Positions 37,421 to 47,833 of a stretch of 50,564 nucleotides of DNA are shown here, piece after piece. Where the stretch lies: IMG/VR virus record IMGVR_UViG_3300044723_008170, positions 1 through 50,564 of that record. One strand, written 5' to 3'. Both the position numbers and the translations under genes were made by a program. Numbering within the stretch: position 1 is the first letter of the stretch; the number at the start of each line of letters is the position of its first letter. The notes below the pieces were generated by a model. It was not told the origin of the DNA. It made no database searches and saw only the letters and a list, made by a program, of their open reading frames with translations. Source of the stretch: a virus (taxonomy: Duplodnaviria > Caudoviricetes).

Positions 37421-40400
37421 TTAACCCTCTATTTTTCCACTATTTCTCATTTTAATTTTACCCGCTGCGTATACAATCGGATGAATAATTTTACACCAAA
37501 CATTTCCAACTAAGCTATCTTTAGCTCTTCCTTTTGTAAGAACATGTTTCAAGTGTTTAGTTCTTTCTTGTGCAAGATAAGCACCCAGTTTAGTAAGTGC
37601 ACTACTGTTTTGCATTCCTGCAACGTAAGGCTTGAACAACCAGTGATAACCTACCTCATGTAGAGGCGTCAGATGTCTACGTTGGTAAGTATCCCAGATC
37701 CTCATAGCACGCTTCCAATCTTCAAGCTGTGTTTGTCTATACATTTCAGTACAAACAATCTTCTGTCCTGGATCGCCTGCGGAATTATGCTGCTCAGTTG
37801 CTTTATCAAGGATGTCTTTACCTGTGTAATAATCAGTATCATGATAATTCGCAAAGCCGCCAGCAAATCCTTTCGGATCTCTAGCCCAACCTCCGACAGT
37901 GACTGGATCATTTGACCACGTGCCTGTCTTACCGAGTTGTACGTTAACATATCCATCAACTTTAGTATGACCACCGCCATCATCTCCTTGATAGCTATAA
38001 TGTTTATTGTTAACAGTTTTTTGTCCTTGAACTGTTAATACTCGAGTTGATAGATATTCTTTTTGATATGTGTCGATATATCCAGCAGCAGTGTATGGAG
38101 CACGAGCGACTGCAAGCGCGTCTTGTTCTTTATCTACACTAATATCTAAGATCTTAAATTGGCGTGTACCACATCTAAATCTAATAGTTTCAGTGTTAGG
38201 AAGGAAGAAAGATCCAGTCACTTCACCGTTAGCATCTGTTTCAAGTGTATCACTTCCATCAGGGTGTGAAGTAGCATTTTTATAAAGATTTCCATAATCC
38301 GTAGTATCATTTGAATAATATTGGAAAGATTCCGGTCTTACCCAATCGGCTACAGATACTCCGTCAAAGTAAGCAAAGACTTTAGAGTTTGGTCTTAAGC
38401 CAGTAGCTTTAAAGTAAATTTTACGAGATCTTATGAACGGAATAAGCACAACATCAATTACTCTATTCGCTACTGCCTTTTTAACTACTTCATCAGATAC
38501 AACTCGGTTTGATTCATAAACATATTTTGAAGATGTTGAAGATTTTTTAACATTTGTGGTACTTCCAACTTTTAATTTTTCGATTGGTGTACCGCCCCAG
38601 TTCCATTCCCAGTTATTCCACATGAATGCTTGTTCGGTGTTAAGTTTGACGCCTCCATCAATAGTCTTAGGTGCTGCTGTTACAACATCTCTCCATTCGT
38701 CTGATGCTGGAGAAAGTTGAACAGTTCCTTCATGAACTACAACCGAGAAAGGATTAATTTGAATAGATTGGCTGGCTAGATTTTGATTTACATATAATGC
38801 TTCATCATATGCAATATAAACATTATCACCTTTTTTTATAACATTTATAGAAGATGCAGAATCAAAAAGTAACTTAATATTATCTTCACCGTGTGCGGGT
38901 CTTAAACTCTTTCTTTGTGGATCAATCGAAGCATTATAACCCTGATTAGCAACTGAAGAGAGCATTTGTGTAGAAAAGTTATCTACAAAGAAACCAGATT
39001 TAGTTCTGTTATTTCCAGAAGAATCAAGAACGTCAAAGTTCTTTGTATCCATTTCTAGCATAGATAAAGCTGTAATTTCTTCTAGCTTATCAATGCGCTC
39101 TTCTAAATCACCTATGTCAGCCATAGTGTATCTTTTATAATCGATTCTTTTAATAGCAACATCTTTTGGACTTAGTGTGTTGCCACCTAGTCCAATATTA
39201 TATAATTCTAAAGTCTGAGGAGGCTTAAGAGGAAGCTGTGGAATCAATCCTGGGGTACCTTCTTCAAATACAATGTTGCCTTCAATGTCAAGAAGCAATT
39301 TACCAGCCGTAGGTATGTAATGTACAGCATCAAATTGTATCAGATCATTTGGTTGAGGCAATTCATGTACTCGAGCACCAGTGCCACTGTTTACAAAATC
39401 TCCATCAGAATCTTTAATAGATCTAAAATCTAAAACTTCTCTTAAACGAACTATTCCTCTATTACTTGGTAAGATATAAGATGGAATATCCTTATAATCT
39501 ACTTGACCGGTATAAGAGTTGACCGAGAAGAAATCTCCATTTGTGCCATGCCTAAAGTACTTAAACTTTGCTGTGACATTTCCGGAAGGAGCTGAGTTTC
39601 CAGCTTTAAGAATAAGTCTACCAGTACCATAAAAAGAATTGCGCTGACCATTATCTAAAGTAAATCTATTAAAATAGCTTTGACTGCTATCAGCAGTATT
39701 AACAATTTCTGTCAAAGAATAAATATCAGCTTTTCTCATAGACAGATACTTTAAGCCAGATCCATCTGACTCCATTTGTCCGATGACAGATCCGTCAGTC
39801 AAGATTTTTTGTCTTACACTTGCTGCAGATTTTCTAACATATCCGATTACTTCTAAATTACTCGAGCTAGCAGGACCGCCAGTGAATGTGCCATCAGATG
39901 CAAATACAATTCCAGTATCAATCGAACTATCAGCATTTGCTGCAATCCAATCACCTACATTGACAAATGTTTCTCCAGTGCCAGTTAATGAAGCTACTGA
40001 TCCAGCTCCGCCGGCGTCAGTTGTGACATTTGAAAATTTTCTTTGTACATCTACAGTGATATCACTAATTGCTTTAGGTCTTTGTTCTGGAATTCCAAAA
40101 AGTAAAAGATTATTTCCCGGTTCTTTAATAACGGCTTTACTATTTTCTAGCGTAGGATTAAAATAGTCTGTGGCACTCGTTCCAATACTCTTTACATTCC
40201 GGAATGCTTGTCCAGAATTCATTTGAATATCAATTAAGTGATAGTTATAACTAGATCCTGCTCCTTCATTGATAGCAGAAATTCTACATGTTCCTATAGT
40301 GCTGCCTCCATAGTCAACAGCACTTCTTAAATTTAATTTTTCAAAAGTGTTGATATTAGGGAGGCCACTTGTATTTGAAGGATCTACTACTACATAATTT

Positions 40401-41497
40401 CCATAATTTGCTGAGCTTTGTTGATTTTCTAAAGAAATTGTATTAGTAGCTCTATCAATTCTTAGAACCGAAGGAAAGTGTCTTGCTGCTCTATATCCTT
40501 CAACAACTGCAATACCATCGCTGACTTGAAGTTGAAGCTTTGTAGCATCACTATCTAAATCAAATTTAACAGTAAATGGTTCTACGACATAGTTACCAGA
40601 ATTTTCGAAAATTCTTTGCGCAATTACATCATTAGGAACTTCATAAGCATCTGTAACTTGATTAGTCGCGAATGGTGCACCATTCTTTAGAGTCGCTAAG
40701 TGAATGAAGTTTTCATCAGATGCAATTTCAGTTTTTAATGCAATAGTTAATCTAATTTTTAATCTATCAGCGCCAGGAGATGAAAGATTAGGAGTAGCAC
40801 CTTGGTTATCATATAGTCCATCATCATCAGAAACAGTGACTGTTTCTTCTATGACTTTAAATCCAATATCAGCATCTGGCGCATCTGAGTATTTCGAGAT
40901 TACTTTAGATTGATTATCTGTAAAGACAAAAAATCCTTTAGTGTAGTAAATTCCAGATCCAACAGAAAATCTAGAACCAGTTCCGGTTGCCGGATTAGAA
41001 GTAGTATTAGTTGTCTGTACTGTTAAAGTAACACTTCCATTGTTAAGATCTTCGCCTGGATCAAACCTAATAGGACCCGTAGTTGCGGATGTCGATGAAA
41101 GAGTGTCAGTATATTGTACATAGAGAGTAGCTGGATCACTGCCCTCAGCAGCAATAACTTCAATAACTCTTGCAATAACTCCAGATGTTTGGCCAGTAAA
41201 AGAAGTTCCAACTAAATTACTCGGTGTATTTGGAAGAGCGTTTGTAGAAGTGTTTAATTTTACAAATTCAAAGCTATTATTAAGAGCAATACTTCCTGGC
41301 TTTACTACTGCACCTTCCTTAAAGATGTTATCACCGAATCTTCTAATCTGCTCTTGCAGAATAGTTTGCATTTGCGTAAGTTCACGTGCCTGTAAAGCTT
41401 TACCACTATTAAAAAGAATACGATGATAACCATCGCTATCAGCAAAGTCATCCTTATAAGTATTCGTGAAAGTTGAGCTAGTAATTACAGTTGCCAT
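37421..41497 (-). CDS. DUF4815/VrlC-like large virion protein, N-terminal part, with appended KIVCT domain
   Basis: Y.DDF...YHRILF..G.ALQARELTQ.Q.ILQ.QI, PGADRLKI, RYTM.DIG.LE.RI..LE, KSGFFVDNF, INPF.V, L.P.SD.W and PFIRSR. Confidence 0.82.
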   Translation of the reverse strand: MATVITSSTFTNTYKDDFADSDGYHRILFNSGKALQARELTQMQTILQEQIRRFGDNIFKEGAVVKPGSIALNNSFEFVKLNTSTNALPNTPSNLVGTSFTGQTSGVIARVIEVIAAEGSDPATLYVQYTDTLSSTSATTGPIRFDPGEDLNNGSVTLTVQTTNTTSNPATGTGSRFSVGSGIYYTKGFFVFTDNQSKVISKYSDAPDADIGFKVIEETVTVSDDDGLYDNQGATPNLSSPGADRLKIRLTIALKTEIASDENFIHLATLKNGAPFATNQVTDAYEVPNDVIAQRIFENSGNYVVEPFTVKFDLDSDATKLQLQVSDGIAVVEGYRAARHFPSVLRIDRATNTISLENQQSSANYGNYVVVDPSNTSGLPNINTFEKLNLRSAVDYGGSTIGTCRISAINEGAGSSYNYHLIDIQMNSGQAFRNVKSIGTSATDYFNPTLENSKAVIKEPGNNLLLFGIPEQRPKAISDITVDVQRKFSNVTTDAGGAGSVASLTGTGETFVNVGDWIAANADSSIDTGIVFASDGTFTGGPASSSNLEVIGYVRKSAASVRQKILTDGSVIGQMESDGSGLKYLSMRKADIYSLTEIVNTADSSQSYFNRFTLDNGQRNSFYGTGRLILKAGNSAPSGNVTAKFKYFRHGTNGDFFSVNSYTGQVDYKDIPSYILPSNRGIVRLREVLDFRSIKDSDGDFVNSGTGARVHELPQPNDLIQFDAVHYIPTAGKLLLDIEGNIVFEEGTPGLIPQLPLKPPQTLELYNIGLGGNTLSPKDVAIKRIDYKRYTMADIGDLEERIDKLEEITALSMLEMDTKNFDVLDSSGNNRTKSGFFVDNFSTQMLSSVANQGYNASIDPQRKSLRPAHGEDNIKLLFDSASSINVIKKGDNVYIAYDEALYVNQNLASQSIQINPFSVVVHEGTVQLSPASDEWRDVVTAAPKTIDGGVKLNTEQAFMWNNWEWNWGGTPIEKLKVGSTTNVKKSSTSSKYVYESNRVVSDEVVKKAVANRVIDVVLIPFIRSRKIYFKATGLRPNSKVFAYFDGVSVADWVRPESFQYYSNDTTDYGNLYKNATSHPDGSDTLETDANGEVTGSFFLPNTETIRFRCGTRQFKILDISVDKEQDALAVARAPYTAAGYIDTYQKEYLSTRVLTVQGQKTVNNKHYSYQGDDGGGHTKVDGYVNVQLGKTGTWSNDPVTVGGWARDPKGFAGGFANYHDTDYYTGKDILDKATEQHNSAGDPGQKIVCTEMYRQTQLEDWKRAMRIWDTYQRRHLTPLHEVGYHWLFKPYVAGMQNSSALTKLGAYLAQERTKHLKHVLTKGRAKDSLVGNVWCKIIHPIVYAAGKIKMRNSGKIEG

Positions 41498-41507
41498 TCT
41501 TCATATC

Positions 41508-42881
41508 CTAGAGTGAAATAATAACTTTAATATCTTCTGTTTGATCTGTTGATCTAACTACGGGTGCTCTATTTTCAATATAGAGAATGTCACCCGAGAA
41601 TTTGTTGACATCGTCATTCGTAAATGCATCACTATCCACATCGTACCCTTCGGCGGATAGTGTACCGGTCGCACCAGGTGATGTTACAGCTTCTCCTTCT
41701 TGGAAGCTAACAAATCCAGTAGCTTCTGTCTGGTGAGCATAAATCTTATCACTATCAACTTGATCAATAATTGCTTGCGCAGTTGAAGTGCCTCCAGTGA
41801 TTGTTCTATCAACCACAAAGTTAGAAGCATCACTTACTGATGTAAGTCTAAGATAACGAAGAACTTTACCAGTCGTGTCTGTATAAGCAGAATCATTATA
41901 ATCCGCAGGTGCTCTCATAAGAACAATTTGTCTAAAGTCCTGATCTACAATAAAATCATTGCCATCGGCCCCGGCAGGCTTTGCATTAAACATGATCGAA
42001 GAAGATCTAAGATCATTAATAGGATTAGCACCAATTCCATTCGCTGGACTTAAGATAGCTCTAATTTCTGCACCTGATCCTCCACCGCCAGTTAGAGTTA
42101 CACCAGCATATTGATATGAATGACCCATTGTCATGCCACTATCAACACTCGAATCTAGTTCAATTTTTGTAATAGCACCACCACTTACAGTAGCAGTGGC
42201 AGAGACTCCAGTTCCATCACCATTAATAGTAACAGTAGGTGCTGAAGTATATCCTGTTCCGCCATCAGTAATTCTAAATCCTAAAAGCTGTCCAGAACTT
42301 GCTGCTTCTTGGACAAGGGCTTGCTGTTGCTGAATTGAATTCAGTGCAGCAGAACCCGAAGAATCTTCGATAAGAGCAACCGGCATAAAGTTAGCCGATA
42401 AGAAACGTGCAGATGTTACACCACTCAATGAATAGAGATACTTCCAAACATATCCATCAGAAGTTCTAAGAGGCTTAGTTGACTGTCCAGTAGGTTTCAC
42501 CGTTGAAGCAACTGCTAAACCATTACTATCTCTGCCTTGTTGCAGACAAATGTAAATCTGATTATCTTCGGTCAATACATAATAAGCATTTGTAGGATAT
42601 GAAGAATACGCATCATCATAGCCACTATAGATTGTACCAGAAGACCAGTTATGGCGAGGAATAACGTACGATGCATCGGATGCAAGTTTAATAGACTGCA
42701 AAGATAAACGAGCATTTCTTTGAGATCTCAAAGAATTCGTAGGAGTAGGTACTGTTTCAGCACTATCCCATTGCTCAGATCTTCCGATCCCAATATAGTA
42801 CTTAGTAGCGCCTGCATCAAACTCGTCATAAATCGTATCGAGTAATTGTTTTTTCAGTGCGTCAGTAATAATTGCTGTCAT
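41508..42881 (-). CDS. gp8: Baseplate wedge subunit, T4 gp8-like
   Basis: YYIGIGR...W, IPR.NW.SG..Y, YYV.T....Y.CL, T.DGYVWKYLY, FRQI and SGDILYIENR.P..R..DQ.EDIK. Confidence 0.85.
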   Translation of the reverse strand: MTAIITDALKKQLLDTIYDEFDAGATKYYIGIGRSEQWDSAETVPTPTNSLRSQRNARLSLQSIKLASDASYVIPRHNWSSGTIYSGYDDAYSSYPTNAYYVLTEDNQIYICLQQGRDSNGLAVASTVKPTGQSTKPLRTSDGYVWKYLYSLSGVTSARFLSANFMPVALIEDSSGSAALNSIQQQQALVQEAASSGQLLGFRITDGGTGYTSAPTVTINGDGTGVSATATVSGGAITKIELDSSVDSGMTMGHSYQYAGVTLTGGGGSGAEIRAILSPANGIGANPINDLRSSSIMFNAKPAGADGNDFIVDQDFRQIVLMRAPADYNDSAYTDTTGKVLRYLRLTSVSDASNFVVDRTITGGTSTAQAIIDQVDSDKIYAHQTEATGFVSFQEGEAVTSPGATGTLSAEGYDVDSDAFTNDDVNKFSGDILYIENRAPVVRSTDQTEDIKVIISL

Positions 42882-42891
42882 CGTTTATCTC

Positions 42892-43893
42892 TTAAGTAAT
42901 AGTTATATATGTATCAGACGAATCAGCAGATCCAATCATGAACCAATTGCTGCCGTCCCAAATAACTTGGCATGAGCCATTTTCTGCAATTGAGAAGGAA
43001 GTGCCTTGTGCAAAGCTAGCTGGTGTTACTGTGACTAATCCAGTGTTTGCGTTTACCATTACCTTAAATTCACCAGTGACTGTGCCATTAGCAAGTGTAG
43101 CAGCAAGAGCAGATGCCTTACTGAAAATAATAAATGATCTTTCAGTTGATACAGCACCGTCTGCAGTTTGACTTACATGATTAAAGGCAATCTTATTCGT
43201 CTCAACTGCACCTGAACCTTTAGCACTCACATTTAAGTTTACATTTGTATCAGTGCCCGTGGCAGAAATAGTTGGGCCAGAACCTGTCGCAGCATTTGCA
43301 ATTGTTACTTCATTCGTAGCTGATGAAGTAGCAGTAAGCTTAATAATTTCAGCGCCATTTGCATCATTGATAAGTGTACCGATTGTAGGTGAATTTAGTG
43401 TTGGAGTAGTTAAAGTTTTATTAGTAAGCGTTTGAGTGTGATTAGCAAATACAAATGTATCATTTCCTGTTAAGAGAGGAAGTGTCACCGTTCTATTCGC
43501 AGTTAATTCACTGACCGCAATATTATATGTATGATCTGCCGAAGTATCATTAATCTTTGGAGTCGTTAAAGTAGGCGTTGTCAAAGTTTTGTTTGTAAGG
43601 GTTTGAGTCGCACTATTCAATACGATTGTTCCTGTTGCATCAGGAATAGTCACAGTTCTATCTGTAGTAGGATCAGCAACAATAAGACTTGTTTCCCAAC
43701 TGTCAGCACTAGTACCTTCCCAGATAATAGCAGTATTTGACAGTGTAATTTGCGTTGACAGCGCATCACTGTCTCCACCGAACCGACGATAGATCTCTAC
43801 AAAATTTTCATTAATCTTTTGACCTGCCGCGCGAAGAGTATCGCCGGTGCCATCATTGGCAGAAGATCCGATTGCAATATTTTGTCTTGTCAT
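42892..43893 (-). CDS. Baseplate wedge/tail fibre connector, gp9/gp10-like N-terminus
   Basis: RQNI.IG..ANDGTGDTLR.AG.KIN.NF.EIY, plus QTLTNKTLT repeats. Confidence 0.75.
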   Translation of the reverse strand: MTRQNIAIGSSANDGTGDTLRAAGQKINENFVEIYRRFGGDSDALSTQITLSNTAIIWEGTSADSWETSLIVADPTTDRTVTIPDATGTIVLNSATQTLTNKTLTTPTLTTPKINDTSADHTYNIAVSELTANRTVTLPLLTGNDTFVFANHTQTLTNKTLTTPTLNSPTIGTLINDANGAEIIKLTATSSATNEVTIANAATGSGPTISATGTDTNVNLNVSAKGSGAVETNKIAFNHVSQTADGAVSTERSFIIFSKASALAATLANGTVTGEFKVMVNANTGLVTVTPASFAQGTSFSIAENGSCQVIWDGSNWFMIGSADSSDTYITIT

Positions 43894-43920
43894 TTTAATC
43901 CCTTACAACGTGATTAAAAG

Positions 43921-43928
43921 TATTTATA
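43921..43928 (-). promoter_or_regulatory. T4-type late promoter TATAAATA
   Basis: Exact consensus in the intergenic gap upstream of the gp9-like gene. Confidence 0.8.
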
Positions 43929-43954
43929 TTGAAAATAAGCATTAAGTATCAAAC

Positions 43955-44893
43955 TTATGCATTATTGCTGTCAGTATATCTTGTTCCATCCATTGTGTAC
44001 AGTGTGCCTGCCATGTCTGCTTCAGCACCAGCATTTGCACTGTCGTCGAAAGTAGGAGCGTTTGGTGAAACAAGGTCATTAATATTATAGAAGTTGCGCT
44101 GAAGTTCTTGAGCAGTATATGTCTGATACCTTGAAATGTAGTTCTTATCAATATCCGAATACTGTGTTTCATTTTCAACGAGTGCAACTGCTTGGGTAAA
44201 CGGTGCAGTTACATCGAGTGAAGCTTGAGAAAGAAGAATAGGACCAATGTTTGAATCTGCCAGCGATAAAGGCATAGAATTTAATCCAAGATCAGCTTCA
44301 CCTTCATTGACAACCTGCCCTTGGAAATACCATCCGGCTGGATGAACATATTTTTTATAGAGAGTATTCCAAGTTTGTGTACCAATTCCTGTTTTAATAA
44401 GAATAGAATAAATTTGATATAACTCATAGTTCTGAATAAACTTTAAGGAGTTGAATCCAATTTCAGATTCACCGACAATAAACATTTGTCTTTTAGGATA
44501 TTCAATTTCAACTTCTTGTTGAAAGAATGCTCTAAAGAATTCACGAATAGAATTTTCAGATCCCTTTGATCTAAAGAAGTTTGCAAATCTTCGAGCTGTA
44601 AAACGAGGATCTGTGAAGAGATCGCCGTTTTCTAATCCAGCACTTAGTTCTTTAATAATCCTATTTAAGTTTGCAAGTTCGGTTTCTGGAATATCTCTTA
44701 CTTGATATAACTGCTTTACATCAATATCATAATTATTTGCTGCATCTTCTTGATTAATAAAATCATAATATGCCGTAAGAAAAGTCACAAGGTCAGGATA
44801 CTCTGCTCTGAAATACTCAGGCAAAACATCCTTAATTTTTCTTTCAATTAAATTAACATCTCTGCGACCGTAATCGCTTAGTTTATGCGCCAT
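43955..44893 (-). CDS. Compact baseplate wedge initiator, gp7-like
   Basis: LPEYF...YP..V.FL..YY.F, F.RSKG...S...FFR..F, YQ.YS.LIK and VHPAG. Follows gp6. Confidence 0.7.
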   Translation of the reverse strand: MAHKLSDYGRRDVNLIERKIKDVLPEYFRAEYPDLVTFLTAYYDFINQEDAANNYDIDVKQLYQVRDIPETELANLNRIIKELSAGLENGDLFTDPRFTARRFANFFRSKGSENSIREFFRAFFQQEVEIEYPKRQMFIVGESEIGFNSLKFIQNYELYQIYSILIKTGIGTQTWNTLYKKYVHPAGWYFQGQVVNEGEADLGLNSMPLSLADSNIGPILLSQASLDVTAPFTQAVALVENETQYSDIDKNYISRYQTYTAQELQRNFYNINDLVSPNAPTFDDSANAGAEADMAGTLYTMDGTRYTDSNNA

Positions 44894-46725
44894 TAGAGAG
44901 TCAACCTAGTTTCTTGATAATCAATCTGTGCAGACGTAATAGAATTAGTAGTGTCAATATTTAGAATATAATTTCTTAAAGGCCGAACGGTGCTTTGATT
45001 TGTAGGTACTGCAGAAATTTTTACTTGAGAAGTACCTTCAATGCTCGTTGGATTAAACCCTACAATATTCACTGTTCCAGTTTCAGGTGTATAAGAACCA
45101 ATGTTATCAACTTGGATATTGCCTTCAATATCAACAACTTCTAATTTATTAGACTTTAACTTGTTTCTTATGATGCAAGATAGATTATTAAATACAAATC
45201 TATTACTTGTGATTCTATAAAATTCATCATCAGGATTTGCTAATGCTACCGGGAATTGTAATGTATAAGACAGTGATTGACCGATAGACGGAGTAAATCT
45301 TTGCTGAACTTTTACATCCATTCTCGAGTTTAGAATAGCTTCATCCAATTCATCGATATCTGCTAATAACTGTGATCTTCTAAATACTTTGCCAAAATTC
45401 TTAAGATTATTATTAAAGAATGTCTGAATTAATTCATCAATATCATTTGCTACAGCAAGAGGAGTTGAGTTTGTTAAGTCAGGATCTAAATTAAAGAACG
45501 TAGTTAATTCGAGGAATGTCGTGATAGCATCCGTAAATAACGTGTCAATTGACATAACAGAAATATTTGAAGTCAAATCACCGACAATCTGATCTTTTAC
45601 ATCCTGCTGAATGTCAGCTGATACACCATCTTTAAAATTCAATGAGACATAAACTGCTCCGTACTTAGGCGGATCGTTATCCATACCGCCCCAAGCAATT
45701 ACGTCAGTAAGATAGTTATTATAACGAGCAAGAATCTGTGCCTTATAATCTTCGGCTGTGACTAATCTTTGTTGAGACGCAAAACCAATAGGTGCATTTC
45801 TACGAATTGAATCAATTGATTCCTTATAAGCTCCACCCGAAGATTCAGATGAAACAGTGACTGCTAAAGGATAGTCTACATCATTAATAGTCAAGTCAGC
45901 ATTTGCAGTAAAGCTTGTAGCTCCATTCGCTTCCATTGCTTTTGTCGAAAGATACTCAACTACAATTTTATTTCCCGCCGAAGGCTTCTTACCTGTAGTT
46001 ACACCATCACCAAAAAGTAATTCATAATTACCATTAGGCACTTCTTTAATCTGATAATGTGTAGACGTAGTATCAATCTTTACAGCATCTCTGAGATTAG
46101 TATATGAAGTGTATGAATTGCCCGAAGCTGTATCATATACTTTCACATTTAAGGAAGACGTATCCATAGTAATATCACTTAAAACATAAATCTGTTCTTC
46201 ACTGGTCTCACCAACAAAGAAAGTTTTAGTTTTCATAGTACCTTCATAGATAGGAATATCTTCACTTCCTTGATTAGTCAAAAACTGATAAAAGCCACTA
46301 CCATCATCTACAGCTGTGTATTTTTCAAGAGTCTGGAAAGTATAGCTGACACTATTTACTTCAGTTGAAAATTTAGTATTAGCAGGCAATGTTATGCTTG
46401 TCGGACGATTAGTGAGATTAATGGTCAAAGCAATATTAAGAAGACCTTTTGCTGAAGTGTACGAGCGAGGAACATAACCTAAAGCTTCAGCATGAGATAC
46501 AACCGAACTTCTTAATTGAGCAGTATTCAGAAAAGATTCATTCAAAGCAAAGTTAGCAATTAATCCATTGAAGTGCGTATTATATGCCAACACATCTAAA
46601 ACATTTGAAATGCCGGATGCTTCGAAATTATAATCCGAAAATTCGTCTTGTGATTTTAAGTAGTCTTTTAATCGAGCTTTGATAGTATCAAAGTCTAGAT
46701 CAGTTGACTTAATAGTGGTTGCCAT
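44893..46725 (-). CDS. gp6: Baseplate wedge subunit gp6
   Basis: LDFD.IK..LK.YL, F.DYNFE.SG...LD.LAYNTH, NE.FL..AQLRSSVVSHA..LGY.P.S, FGDG..G and Q.RLVTAEDY. Confidence 0.93.
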   Translation of the reverse strand: MATTIKSTDLDFDTIKARLKDYLKSQDEFSDYNFEASGISNVLDVLAYNTHFNGLIANFALNESFLNTAQLRSSVVSHAEALGYVPRSYTSAKGLLNIALTINLTNRPTSITLPANTKFSTEVNSVSYTFQTLEKYTAVDDGSGFYQFLTNQGSEDIPIYEGTMKTKTFFVGETSEEQIYVLSDITMDTSSLNVKVYDTASGNSYTSYTNLRDAVKIDTTSTHYQIKEVPNGNYELLFGDGVTTGKKPSAGNKIVVEYLSTKAMEANGATSFTANADLTINDVDYPLAVTVSSESSGGAYKESIDSIRRNAPIGFASQQRLVTAEDYKAQILARYNNYLTDVIAWGGMDNDPPKYGAVYVSLNFKDGVSADIQQDVKDQIVGDLTSNISVMSIDTLFTDAITTFLELTTFFNLDPDLTNSTPLAVANDIDELIQTFFNNNLKNFGKVFRRSQLLADIDELDEAILNSRMDVKVQQRFTPSIGQSLSYTLQFPVALANPDDEFYRITSNRFVFNNLSCIIRNKLKSNKLEVVDIEGNIQVDNIGSYTPETGTVNIVGFNPTSIEGTSQVKISAVPTNQSTVRPLRNYILNIDTTNSITSAQIDYQETRLTL

Positions 46726-47169
46726 TTATCTCAACCTCGCTAATGTTAAATCGATTGTAAATTCTTCTGAAGTGCTTAAAATTTGAAATGTCACCGTAAC
46801 TCTCGCAGAATTCTGATCGCCGTTTATTGTAGTTTTAACTGACATAACTCGGGCTCTTGGCTCATACTTATTAATAGAATTAATAATTCTTTCGCGGACA
46901 TCGCCTTCAGCAAAATCAGTATCTAGGCTAAACAACAGAGAAGACAAATCAGAACCAAATTGTGGCGCAAATGGTTTTTCATATAAGTTAGTCAAAAGAA
47001 TATTCTTAACAGCTTGTTTCACTGCAGCGGCATCTGTCTTTTTATAGATGTCACCAGAAGGTTTACGAGCAAATGTGAGATCTATATCTCTATAGACTTT
47101 CTCTTTTGCGACAACTACAGATTTAGTCTGTAGATTGCCATCTTCTGCTGCAAATGCTCTTACTGCCAT
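46726..47169 (-). CDS. gp25: Baseplate wedge subunit gp25
   Basis: Y.DIDL.F...DI....D..AVKQAVKNILLT...EKPF.P.FG...LLF...I..YEPR. Confidence 0.92.
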   Translation of the reverse strand: MAVRAFAAEDGNLQTKSVVVAKEKVYRDIDLTFARKPSGDIYKKTDAAAVKQAVKNILLTNLYEKPFAPQFGSDLSSLLFSLDTDFAEGDVRERIINSINKYEPRARVMSVKTTINGDQNSARVTVTFQILSTSEEFTIDLTLARLR

Positions 47170-47191
47170 ATTAATCTCTATTGTATAAAAC

Positions 47192-47208
47192 TATTTATGC
47201 TATTTATC
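47192..47208 (-). promoter_or_regulatory. Two tandem NATAAATA late-promoter variants
   Basis: GATAAATA (47201-47208) and CATAAATA (47192-47199) upstream of gp25. Confidence 0.55.
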
Positions 47209-47833
47209 CATAAACTTGAGCTGAAGTTTCTTTTTCGGGCATTAAAATTTCTACTAGCTCATTTGTAGATTGAACATAATTATTGAATCTTGTTTCAAGA
47301 GTGTTTTCATAAGTTACACTCCAAGAATCTAGAACCTTTGGCATAATCAAAATAATCTGAGCATTCAGATGTCCATTTGGATCATAAGTATCATAATCAA
47401 GAATCAATTTTTCAAATTGTAATACATCTTTCCAGTAAACTGCTAAATCAAAGGTTTTTGCGGTTGCATTCAAGCCTTTACTATCTAAAAGTTCATATAC
47501 AACAGCGTATCCATTTTTTAAACTATCATTAACACTTCCCGGTAAAAGAGTTTCGTTTGGTCCTGGCCTATATAATCCTTCAGCAACAACTAATCTGAAA
47601 TCTTCAAATTCTGAGTCATTACGAGAAACACTGAGCATTACTTGTCCGTGTAAATAGTATTGCTTAGCAAGTTTAAGTTTTTCGATATCACTTCCAATAT
47701 GATTTAGATTAGAGTTATCGCCATATCCTGCTAAAAATTTAGCCATAGTGATACCAGGAGCTAGCTTAGTCCTTGCAGTAATCTTATCTTGAAACTCAGG
47801 ATTATATAGAGGATCTGGAGTAAATGTAGGCAT
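47204..47833 (-). CDS. Hypothetical baseplate hub-associated protein
   Basis: Coupled by TAATG to the gp5-like gene and located between gp5 and gp25. Confidence 0.55.
   Translation of the reverse strand: MPTFTPDPLYNPEFQDKITARTKLAPGITMAKFLAGYGDNSNLNHIGSDIEKLKLAKQYYLHGQVMLSVSRNDSEFEDFRLVVAEGLYRPGPNETLLPGSVNDSLKNGYAVVYELLDSKGLNATAKTFDLAVYWKDVLQFEKLILDYDTYDPNGHLNAQIILIMPKVLDSWSVTYENTLETRFNNYVQSTNELVEILMPEKETSAQVYG

Noticed and set aside
37421-37800. Intein or Hint domain at the end of the 1358 aa protein
   Set aside because: There is no CF/CL...HN pattern or TxxH block, and the domain looks helical.
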